Source: Heterodontus francisci
Taxonomy: Eukaryota
NCBI RefSeq assembly: GCF_036365525.1
Contig: NC_090403.1
Location: 43,029,095 to 43,093,094 of the forward strand
DNA: 64,000 bases
Direction of reading: 5' to 3'
Positions 33,801 through 44,019 of the stretch are shown piece by piece (positions within the stretch are counted from its first letter, which is position 1; each line of letters begins with the position of its first letter). A program made the translations under genes and the position numbers. The notes below the pieces were generated by a model that had not been told where the DNA came from, ran no database searches, and saw only the letters and a list, made by a program, of their open reading frames with translations.

Positions 33801-36800
33801 AGAAAAGTTGTTCAGTAATTATGAGTTTAGTATGCTGTTTAAAAACTCCATTTCACCTCATTCAACAATGTGTAACTTTTTCAAGGGTTTTTACAGCAAG
33901 ACTAATAGTGTAAAAGTGGAAGATCACGTCAATTCAAGTGATTTCAAGACTTCCTTCTGTGGAGACTTCAAAAGCACAACCTGTGAGGGAGTAGGGAATC
34001 AATAACAGCAACTTCTACATCTCCACATTTAAATGCATCCGTGTGGATATCAGAAGTTGCTGTCAGTTTCACAGTTGTTATTATGGTGAATGCTAAAAGT
34101 TTTGCCATCATTGCAACCACAAAATCCAGGCCAATAAACTTTACATTTGCAAAGTGAAATATTCTTTTAAGTAATGATCAATATATTTTGATCAATATAT
34201 TAAAAACTATGCATCTTCTATAAATAACAAATGAAAATGATTCATTAAATGGGAGTAATTTAAAGATAGTGATGGCATCAATGATTTCAAGTTATATCAT
34301 AAAACATGAGTAAAATGCAAGTAATTTATCATAGTGATGAGAACATAACAAAAGGGAAGGATGAGAATAGGCTATTTGAGCCACTGAAAGTTGTTTCTCT
34401 CCAGCTCCTGCAGTTTGGGATCTATAGTAAAATTTCTACTGCACTGAACACATCAATACGATTCCTGGCTTGAGATCACTATTGTATATGGATTTTGTGA
34501 TTTTTTTTTTGTCTTCCATTTCCTGGTATTGGACGTTATGGTAGACATTGCGAGGAAGCTTCATGTAGCTGGTGTATAATATTCACATTGGAAGATTAAC
34601 AATATGTACATTGTAATACAATAATAATGACAATCCACATTTAATTTCAGAAAGAAATAATTTTAATTCTACTGATAGAGTGGAATCTTAATGAGCATTT
34701 GTTTGCTTGTGAATCATCTCCTTTGGCCTCCTTGTCTCGAGAGACAATGGGTAAGCACCTGGAGGTGGTCAGTGGTTTGTGAAGCAGCGCCTGGACTGGC
34801 TATAAAGGCCAATTCTAGAAGGACAGACTCTTCCACAGGTGCTGCAGATCAAATTGGTTGTCGGGGCTGTAACTTTTTTTTATTCATTCAGGGACGTGGG
34901 CGCCACTGGCTAGGCCAGCATTTATTGCCCATCCCAAATTGCCCTTGAGAAGGTGGTGGTGAGCTGCCTTCTTGAACCGCTGCAGTCCATTTGGGGTAGA
35001 TATACCAACAGTGCTGTTAGGGAGTTCCAGGATTTTGACCCAGCGACAGTAAAGGAACGGCGATATAGTTCCAAGTCAGGATGGTGTGTGACTTGGAGGG
35101 GAACTTGCAGGTGGTGGTGTTCCCATGCATTTGTTGCCCTTGTCCTTCTAGTTGGTAGAGGTCGTGGGTTTGGAAGGTGCTGTCTAAGGAGCCTTGGTGC
35201 ATTGCTGCAGTGCATCTTGTAGATGGTACACACTGCTGCCACTGTGCGTCGGTGGTGAAGGGAGTGAATGTTTGTAGATGGGGTGCCAATCAAGCGGGCT
35301 GCTTTGTCCTGGATGGTGTCGAGCTTCTTGAGTGTTGTTGGAGCTGCACCCATCCAGGCAGGTGGAGAGTATTCCATCACACTCCTGACTTTTTTTTTAG
35401 ATTAGAGATACAGCACTGAAACAGGCCCTTCGGCCCACCGAGTCTGTGCCGAACATCAACCACCCATTTATACTAATCCTACACTAATCCCATATTCCTA
35501 CCAAACATCCCCACCAGTCCCTATATTTCCCTACCACCTACCTATACTAGTGACAATTTATAATGGCCAATTTACCTATCAACCTGCAAGTCTTTTGGCT
35601 TGTGGGAGGAAACCGGAGCACCCGGAGAAAACCCACGCAGACACAGGGAGAACTTGCAAACTCCACACAGGCAGTACCCGGAATCGAACCCGGGTCCCTG
35701 GAGCTGTGAGGCTGCGGTGCTAACCACTGCGCCACTGTGCCACCCTTACTTGTGCCTTGTAGATGGTGGATAGGCTTTGGGGAGTCAGGAGGTGAGTTAC
35801 TTGCCTTAGGATTCCTAGCCTCTGCGCTGCTCTTGTAGCCACGGTATTTATATGGCTACTCCAGTTAAGTTTCTGGTCAATGGTAGCCCCTAGGATGTTG
35901 ATAGTGGGGGATTCAGCGATGGTAATGCCGTTGAATGTCAAGGGGAGATGGTTAGATTCTCTCTTGTTGGAGATGGTGATTGCCTGGCACTTGTGTGGCG
36001 CGAATGTTACTTGCCACTTATCAGCCCAAGCCTGGATATTGTCCAGGTCTTGCTGCATTTCTACACGGACTGCTTCAGTATCTCAGGAGTCACGAATGGT
36101 GCTGAACATTGTGCAATCATCAGCGAACATCCCCACTTCTGATCTTATGATTGATGGTAGGTCATTGATGAAGCAGCTGAAGATGGTTGGGCCAGATGAT
36201 TGACCTCCAACAACCACAACCATCTTCCTTTGCGCTAGGTATGACTCCAGCCAGCGGAGGGTTTTACCCCCTGATTCCCATTGACTCCAGTTTTGCTAGG
36301 GCTCCTTGATGCCATATTCAGTCAAATGCTGCCTTGATGTCAAGGGCAGTCACTCCCACCTCACCTCTTCAGTCCATGTTTGAACCAAGGCTGTAATGAG
36401 GTCAGGAGCTGAGTGGCCCTGGCGGAACCCAAACTGAGCCTCACTGAGCAGGTTATTGCTAAGCAAGTGCCGCTTGATGGCACTGTTGATGATGTCCTTT
36501 AGGACTCAGCCAGCTCAGTCAGTAGTGGTGCTACCGAGCCACTCTTGGTGATGGACATTGAAGTCCCCCACCCAGAGTACATTTTGTGCCCTTGCCACCC
36601 TCAGTGCTTCCTCCAAGTGGTGTTCAACATGGAGGGGTACTGAGTCATCAGCTGCGGGAGGGCGGTAGGTGGTAATCAGTAGGAGGTTACCTTGCCCATG
36701 TTTGACCTGATGCCATGAGACTTCATGGGGTCCGGAGTCAATGTTGATTCTCAGGGCAACTCCCTCCCTACTATATACCACTGTGCCACCACCTCTGGTG

Positions 36801-39725
36801 GGTCTGTCCTGCCGGTGGGACAGAACACATCTGGGGATGGTGATGGCAGTGTCTGGAACATTGTCTGTAAGGTATAATTCTGTGAGTATGACTATGTCAG
36901 GCTGTTGCTTGACTAGTCTGTAGGACAGCTCTTCCAACTTTGGCACAAGCCCCCAGATGTTAGTAAGGAGGACTTTGCAGGGTTGACAGGGCTGGGTTTG
37001 CCGTTGTAGTTTCCGGTGCCTGGGTCAAGGCCGGGTGGTCTGTCCGGTTTCATTCCTTTTTATTGACTTCATAGCGGTTAGGAACAACTGAGTGGCTTGC
37101 TAGGCCATTTCAGAGAGCATGTAAGAGTTAACTACATTGCTGTGGGTCTGGAGTCACATGTAGGCCAGACCAGGTAAGGACAGCAGATTTCCTTCCCTAA
37201 AGGACATTAGTGAACCAGATGGGTTTTTACAACAATCGACAATGGTTTCATGGCCATCATTAGACTAGCTTTTAATTCCAGATTTATTAATTAAATTCAA
37301 ATTCTACCTTCTGCTGTGGTGGGATTCGAACTCATGTCCCCAGAGAAATACCCTGGGTCTCTGGGTTACTAGTCCAGTGATAATACCACTACACCACTGC
37401 CTACCCCGTTGGTTTACACAGTCGGCTCTCCCCTTGCGCTTGTCTTTTTTCCTGCCAACTGCGAAGTCTCTTCGACTCGCCACTCTTTAGCCCCGCCTTT
37501 ATGGCTGTCCACCAGCTCTGGCGATCACTGGCAACTGACTCCCACGACTTGTGATCAATGTCACAGGACTTCATGTCACGTGTGAATCACACTGCAGTAA
37601 TCAATGTGAATTATAAAACCAATCTTAAAGGAGCAAAACTAAGTACAATTTCTAAATCAAAACACAGACTACACAAATACACAAAAATGCAATGAATCCA
37701 GAGAATTTTAATCAATGGCAGGAAAATCTATGCTAAAAGATGGAAGCAGGAATATTTCTAAGTAGGACATGTTAGATTTTTGATCTCCGATGGGTTGTGG
37801 ACGTTTTATATTGAAAGCATTGTAAATCGTCCTACATTTTTTTTCTTGAAATACGATCCTATCTGTTTGTAACATTAAAATTTATACAAAGGAATAATCG
37901 ATTTACTGAATATTGTGTGTCCTTCATCCCTGCACCTGACTAGCTCAAATTTATTCATAAAATGCCAAATTTAAAATGAAAACAGATTGGTAGTATCACA
38001 ATCAATGACTAACATTTCTTTTAAAAAGGAGAGAGAATTAGCCTTTGATTGACTTTTAAGAATAGCAGTAGTAAATGGAACACTGTAAATACCTACAGGT
38101 CAAAAACCATGCAGTGGTAATTAAAGAACAACTTATCTACAGATGATTCAAAAGCAAGATTTGATTACCATACTCAATTTCAAGTTGCACTCTCTGCCTA
38201 GTGCAATGCAATTCACTTTGCAGGTCATATTACCTCTATACACTTTTCAAGATAGTTACGCATAATTTTATCTAATAACAAACCTGGATGAATCCATCTG
38301 CCATATCCAGCACGTCTTGAATACTTTGGCTATCTGCAACACCTGATGGTGGTGGTTGTTGGACTTTGTCTCCTTTCTGCTTGCCTTTTTCAGCTACTTT
38401 CAGGAATTTCTATCTCAGCTGCTCTCCCTCTCTGGCTGTTCTGAACTCCTCATTCTTTTCAGCTGCTCTCACTTTCCAGGTTGTCTCAGAGCTTTCTCAT
38501 TTCTCTAGGTTGTTCTCCCATAGCATTGGGTTTCTCAGCACCACTTTGTGGTCCAGGCACTCACTCCAGCTTGAGACCTTGGACACTGATAGGAAGATGT
38601 AGCAATCTCCAGTTTGGCCTCCTGCCCCTCCCATTTCCACATACTTACCATACCACTCTTAACTTTCTGAATGGGTCTTTCACACCAGCTCTTGTCACTT
38701 GCTCTTGCTTTCTGGTCCTCAGCTTTCATCTCCTTGACTCCCGCCTGCTTTGTCTTTTTCTGTATCTCTCTATCAATCTACCCTTAAGTCACTTCTTACA
38801 TTCTAACAATAATCACACAACCAATTTATGTCATTTTTCCCCACACGCTTGGTGCTTTTGTTGAGCCATTGTACTTCCCATCAGCTTTGGCTTTTATTTG
38901 CAGTTCAGAAACTCAAATCGGGTAGGGTGAATTGTTCTGGCTCCATGAACAGATGTTTGGCTTCTTGGGCACAGATTTTATGCACTGCTGCTTCCTTCTA
39001 CATTTAATTTTCTACGGGAATAAATCAGGACCTAAGAATGAAGTGGGCCTGCAGTGTTAACAGACTTTAGACTTTGTGGTCTTAAAAGAACAAGACTTTT
39101 AAACACATCTCTATTTTAGCAGCAGAATAAGCCAGCGCATCGTCTATTGCATGGTATACTGCTGAAGAAAAATAAAATCAACTGGGTCAAATAAACATCA
39201 AGCAAGTAGTGAACTGTGTATTTTGTTTTATAATTCTGGGACTGGCCAGTTGGGCTTAAATGGTATTTTCCCAGTCCCTTTGCATTCCTATACTCCTATT
39301 TAATAAAACTGCCTCTCATTTTCCCAAAATATCCACCAGTATAATTTGATTTACCTTTCCAGTATTTCCACGGCTTGATATCTTGTAACCTGATGAAGCC
39401 CCAGTTGCTCACAAAGGAGGAAAACAAATTCTGTGATGCAGAATAATAAAAAGAAAATGAACAGGGACATTAATTGCAAGTGAGGTTTACACGAAGTTGG
39501 CTTCAAACACGGCAAATACGCCGTACGCACACCTATTAATCTTAATTTTTTGAAACTGCCTGCGTGCTGGGAGAGGTTGATCAGGTTATTTTCATTCTCC
39601 TTGGCCACATCGACCAGAAACTCTTCCAGCATGTCCGGCGAAACGGCGCTGAACGCCAGCTCGGGCGTCTTTTTGCCGCAGCTCCGGCTTTCGCCCGTTT
39701 TTACCACCACCACTTTATTCATCAT
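30731..39725 (-). CDS. CNTD1: Cyclin N-terminal domain-containing protein 1 (meiotic crossover factor), complete CDS complement(join(39533-39725,39355-39430,32896-33064,32604-32766,31989-32133,31017-31113,30731-30847)), 960 nt / 319 aa
   Basis: GT-AG introns with consistent phases. Peptides EFVFLLCEQLGLHQVTRYQAVEILERFM, LRIMSCVQIASKISF, IENSTPNELQ, KFLSVKEDCMLLAVG match CNTD1. Start codon is either ATG at 39725 or 39722. Confidence 0.96.
31017..31113 (-). CDS. CNTD1: CNTD1 exon 6
   Basis: catag|AKFLSVKEDCMLLAVGVIGTSAFILNYTPWLK|gtagt. Confidence 0.95.
31989..32133 (-). CDS. CNTD1: CNTD1 exon 5
   Basis: taag|GYNDPSVPIKHLHSISLKVLKFVYLMRNTIYENLLKIAIENSTPNELQ|gtgagt. Confidence 0.95.
32604..32766 (-). 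CDS. CNTD1: CNTD1 exon 4
   Basis: ccag|IVNNSMALKFLQSLGHSYKREDFLDSELLVLETLSFQVNVPSPFTHTEILLEVM|gtgagt. Confidence 0.95.
32896..33064 (-). CDS. CNTD1: CNTD1 exon 3
   Basis: cacag|FMIRYIEKLY...FVLRIMSCVQIASKISFHYQ|gtaaag. Confidence 0.95.
34873..37407 (-). mobile_element. Non-LTR retrotransposon (CR1/L2-superclade-like) with APE-EN + RT, internal deletions and a tRNA-derived 5' head
   Basis: EN TNIWGLVPKLEEL...PDIVILTE...GDFNVHH (36515-36965), RT IRSEVGMFADD (~36120-36150), LDNIQAWADKWQ (35720-36058), C-terminus ...SFTVAGSKSWNSL, A-tail at 34873-34881, A/B boxes at 37386-37396 and 37321-37333. Confidence 0.88.
35390..35745 (-). mobile_element. HE1/V-SINE-type tRNA SINE inserted in the LINE
   Basis: Head GGGTGGCACAGTGGCGCAGTGGTTAGCAC, V-domain TGTGTGGAGTTTGCAAGTTCTCCC, CR1-like tail GGGCCGAAGGGCCTGTTTCAGTGCTGTATCTCT. 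Confidence 0.88.
39355..39430 (-). CDS. CNTD1: CNTD1 exon 2
   Basis: cacag|EFVFLLCEQLGLHQVTRYQAVEILE(R)|gtaaat. Confidence 0.95.
39533..39725 (-). CDS. CNTD1: CNTD1 exon 1
   Basis: MMNKVVVVKTG...FSAVSPDMLEEFLVDVAKENENNLINLSQHAGSFKKLRLI G|gtgtgc. Confidence 0.9.
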
Positions 39726-40420
39726 CGCACAATCCGTTGGGCCTCCCGAGCTGAGGGTCAGGCTGCGGCTGAGCGCCAAAGGTGCGAGGGCCTGGCCAAA
39801 TTTTACAGGGGCGGCTTTGGGTTGTCACAAATCCTTAACCTATTCCGTTGAGTGCAAAAGTGTGCCACTAAATATGACGCGCAAATGCACATTAAATATT
39901 TCGCAAACGAGTCGCGAAACCCGCACAGCCAAGCGTCTTTCCTTTTGGGAGGGTCTGAATAAAATGGCGGCGCCCCAGCCCGCTCCGCGTGCTCTGGAAC
40001 CCGCCACAACCCACCCGAACCCGCCTGCGCACTGCGCCGGCCCTCGCCGACGGCATTCCGCCTGCGCCCGGCATACCCTACTTCACCTGCGCACCGTGCC
40101 GGCCGCCGGCCCTCACCTACCCCCACTCCGCCTGCGCCTTGTGCCGGTCGCCGGCCCTCGCCGCCACCACTCCGCCTGCGCTCGGTGCCGGCACCCGGCA
40201 TACCCCACTTCACCTGCGCCTTGTGCCGGCCCCCGGCTGCAGTGTTCAGTCCGTTGAAGCGCTTTACATCCAATGAATTTATTTTTGTGCTGAAGTGCCG
40301 TCGCTGTTTGCAATGCGGGAAACGCGACCGCCAATTCTGCGCTCAGCAAGATCCCACGAGCTGCAATGTGTTGGTGGCCGGCTAATCCGCCCTAGCGCGA
40401 TGTTGGTTTTGGGGGTAAAA
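39600..40420. promoter_or_regulatory. CpG island / CNTD1 promoter, possibly bidirectional toward COA3
   Basis: High GC and CpG density. YY1-type AAAATGGCGGC at ~39961, CCGTTG (MYB-type) at 39734, 39845 and 40251, E2F-like CGCGAAA at ~39913. Confidence 0.7.
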
Positions 40421-40620
40421 CATTGGTCAGGACACCAGGGGAGATCGTGTATAGAGCGCCCCGGGGTCTTTCAGGCCCATCTGGAGAGGGAAGATGGGGC
40501 CCTGGTTTAACATCTCATCCAGAAGGCGTTACTCACTCAGGCCTGCACTGGGGAGTCAGCCTAGATATTGTATTCAAGTGGGACTCGAACCCAAAACCTA
40601 CTGATTCAGCCAGTGAGCCA
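40250..40620 (-). mobile_element. DeuSINE-like SINE remnant
   Basis: Reverse-strand match to the 5262-5700 SINE (GGGACTCGAACCC B-box complement, GTTTAACATCTCATCC, TTGGTCAGGACACC). Confidence 0.55.
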
Positions 40621-41132
40621 GTAAAAACCATATAAGCAGTCTTCTCTCTCCCTCTCTGAGCATTCATTGTTGCTTCCATAACAAAGCTTACAGGGGAGAG
40701 CAATAACAAGGGACACAAGTATTAAAATTTGTCTCCCAACTTTGAGAAACCACATGAGCATCACACCGTCCCCTATCTTGTCATTAACATTTTTAAACGG
40801 GCACCAGTTTTAACTTTATTGCTGTTAATTTCCATTTGTTTTTATTGCTTCATTGTTTGGATTTATAAATGCTGCAAATTATGCAGTTGAAGAGTCATAA
40901 CCTACGAGGCTACAAGGACCAGGAGCCGGAAAGTGGGATTAGGCTGGATGGTTATTTGTCGGCTAATGCAGATACGATGGGCTGAATGGCCACCTTCCAT
41001 GCTGTAAATTTCTATGATTCTATGAATATTTCCTGGCGCTATTGAAAAATGCCACACTCTTGGCTCACATGTAACCCCTGGCCGTGGACCCAGGAGCTTG
41101 GTTTCATATTAGTTGCATTGCAGGTGTCAGCC

Positions 41133-41514
41133 GGGAAGGTGGTGGTGTAGTGGTAATGTCACTGGACTAGTAATTCAGAGGGCCACGCTAATGCTGTGGG
41201 GATATGGGTTTGAATCCCACACGGCAGATGGTGAAATTTGAAATCAGTTAAAATCTGGAATTAGACGGGGGGAAAAAGCTAATGCTGACCATGAAACCAC
41301 TGTCGATTGTTGTAAAAATGCACCTGGTTCACTAATGTCTGCTGTCCTTACCTGGTCTGGCCTATATATAATCCTAGACCCACAGCAATGTGGTTGAGTC
41401 TTAAATGCCTTCTGAAATGACCTAGCAAGCACTCAGTTCAGGGCAAGTACGGATGGACAATAAATGCTGGTCTACATCCGCGACGCCCACATCCCGTGAA
41501 CGAATGACAAAAAA
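41133..41514 (+). mobile_element. tRNA-derived SINE made of the 5' head and 3' tail of the 34873-37407 LINE
   Basis: GGTGGTGTAGTGGTAATGTCACTGGACTAGTAA...GGTTCACTAATGTC...CACTCAGTT matches the LINE head; CAGGGCAA...AATAAATGCTGG...GCCCACATCCC matches the LINE tail. Confidence 0.85.
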
Positions 41515-42569
41515 GCCGCACTATTGAAGTAGCATATAGCAAGTTTTATCAAGTGCTTGAACTAACTCATATGGCTAATACAAAAGCAGTCTGGACGAAA
41601 GGTCATTGTTCTGAAATGTTAGCTCTGTTGTTTTTCCCTCTACAGATGCTGCCTGACTTGCTGAATATTTCTAGCATTTTCTATTTTTAATCTGCATGGC
41701 TAATGTTTATTGATAATATTTCATAAAGGGTTAGTTTTTATTCAAAGATGGCTACACTCCTTGTTCCATACCTGCCTTTTCTTTAGGCTTTGAAATCAGC
41801 ACTCAACTTTTTGATGGTTTTACATGTTCCATCTGAACAAGAATAGCTGTGTTCCATGTTTTATGGTCCTTTAGTGCCACCAAGTGGTTAAAGATCACAG
41901 GAAACATTAATGGCCTCATGATTTAAATTACTCAACAATAATTTATATGGTACACTAAATATCAAAAAATGTCCCAAAGTGCTTCACAGAAGCATAATTC
42001 AAAAAAAGAAGCTAAGTGATGTAAATACAAGTAGAAGTGACAAAAAGCTTTGTCAAAGAGGTGTGTTTTAAGCAAAGTCTTAAAGGAGAAGAGGGAGATG
42101 GAGAAGCAGAGTCTTTGCATCAGATCCATGATCTTTGAAGTCTCTTGCCAATATTATCGATTTTAATCATTGTCACTCTTATTAATTTTGCATCATAGGT
42201 ATATGATACAAACACCTTGACGAAAGAGTTTCTTTTCATTTGGCTGGTTGCAGCCCACATATCGTGGAACAATTTAGAATGCTTCTGCACTGTCTCACCA
42301 TATTCTGTCAGGAAGTCGAATTTTCCATTCTGTAGAACTGTAATCTTTCATTCTCATGGTTTAGGGAAATGCCACTCTCTTGCTAGCAGGCTTGTTGAGA
42401 TTAATGCTAATCACTTTTCTGTTATTAAGCTTGATGAACAGCGCCTTATCTTTCTACTAGGCACTTTACAGCTTTCCATTACGGCCTTAACATTGAGTTT
42501 AACAACTTTAGTCCTTAACCACTGCTCCCATATTCTCTCGGACAGTAGGTTGCACCAGAGCCACTGGGA

Positions 42570-43990
42570 ACATGAGAAGTATGAGCAGGAGTAGGCCATT
42601 CAGCCCCTCGAGCCTGCCCCACCATTCAATAAGATCATGGCTGATCTGTCCCAAGCCTCAATTCTTTCGGGCCTGCTCCGCATAATCCTCAACTCCCGGA
42701 GATTTCAAAAATCTATCTACCTCCTCCTTCAATACAATTAATGACCTGGCCTCCACAACTCTCTGAAGTAGAGAATTCCAGAGATTCACCACCCTCTGAG
42801 AGAAGAAATTCCTTCACATCTCAGTTTTAAATGTGTGACCCCTTATTCTGTAAATATGTCCCCTAGTTCAAGATTCTCCCACCAGTGGAAACATATTCTC
42901 AACATCTACCCTGTCAAGCCCCCTTAGAATCTTATATGTTTCAATAAGATCACCTCTCATTCTTCTAAACTCCAATGAATAGAGGTCTAACCTGTTTAGC
43001 CGTTCTTGATAAGACAACCCCTTCATCCCAGGAATCAGCCTCGTAAACCTTTTCTGAACTGCCTCCAATGCTAGTATATCCTTCCTTAAATACGGGGACC
43101 AAAATTCTACCCAATACTCCAGGTGTGGCCTCACCAACACCTTGTACAGTTGTAATAAGACTTCCCTATTTTTAAACTCTAACCTCCTAGCAATAAAGGC
43201 AAAAATTCCATTTGCCTTCTTGCATGCTAACTTTTTGTGTTTCCTGTACAAGAACACCCAGATCGCTCTGTACTGCAGTATTTTGTAGTCTTTCTCCATC
43301 TAAATAATAATCTGCCTTTATTCTTCCTACCAAAGTGGATTACCTCACACTTGCCCACATTGAACACCATCTGCCAAGTTTTTGCCCACTCACTTAACCT
43401 ATCTATATCCCTTTGCAGATTCTTTGTGTCCTCCACAACATGCCTTCCCACCTATTTTTGTATTGTCAGCAAATTTGGATACTCTACACTCTGTCCCTTC
43501 CTCCAAGTCATTAATATACATAGTAAATAGTTGAGGCCCTAGGACCGATCCTTCTGGCACCCCACTAGTTACGACTTTCCAACCTGAAAAAGACCCATTG
43601 ATCCCGACTCACTGCCTTCTGTGTGTTTGCCAATCGTCAATCCATGCCAACACATTACTCCCAATACCCTGAGCTCTTATTTTGTGTAATAACCTTTTAT
43701 GTGGCACCTTATCGAACGCCTTCTGAAAATCCAAATATACTACATCTACCGGTTGCCCTTTATCCACTCTGTTTGTTATATCCTCAAAGAACTCTAACAA
43801 ATTTGTCAAACATGATTTGCCTTTCATAAAACCATGTTGACTCTGTTTGATAGCATTATGTTTTTCTAAATGTCCTGCTATTTCTTCCTCAATAATGGAC
43901 TCTAGCATTTTCCCAATGACAGATGTTAAGCTAACTGGTCTATAGTTTCCTGCTTTCTGTCTCCCTCCTTTCTTGAATAGGGGTATCACA
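42570..43990 (-). mobile_element. CR1 LINE RT fragment
   Basis: ORFs 43609-44022 (NYRPVSLTSVIGK...YLDFQKAFDKVPH), 43227-43451, 42868-43299, and a CR1 tail at ~42575. Confidence 0.93.
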
Positions 43991-44019
43991 TTAGGAGTGG
44001 AAATTTGTAGAGGGTGTGA

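Larger units (their letters stand above)
34716..37582 (-). mobile_element. RTE-type LINE 3' end split by a 2.5-kb insertion
   Basis: 34716-34871 and 37413-37582 join to match the uninterrupted copy at 45758-46125 (...GTCGGGGCTG|TTACACAG...). Confidence 0.85.

Noticed and set aside
35390-35745. tRNA-like sequences here and at 5262, 37321, 41133, 54611 and 63300 as tRNA genes
   Set aside because: They are SINE or retroelement heads with A/B boxes followed by repeat bodies; no complete cloverleaf
38280-38900. Strand-skewed pyrimidine-rich stretch with short ORFs in CNTD1 intron 2
   Set aside because: Translations are interrupted by stops and unrecognisable; probably an old TE relic
39550-40273. 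Long ORFs of 235 aa (+) and 156 aa (-) over the CpG island
   Set aside because: Antisense to CNTD1 exon 1 or within a GC-rich minisatellite, where stops are rare; no recognisable protein
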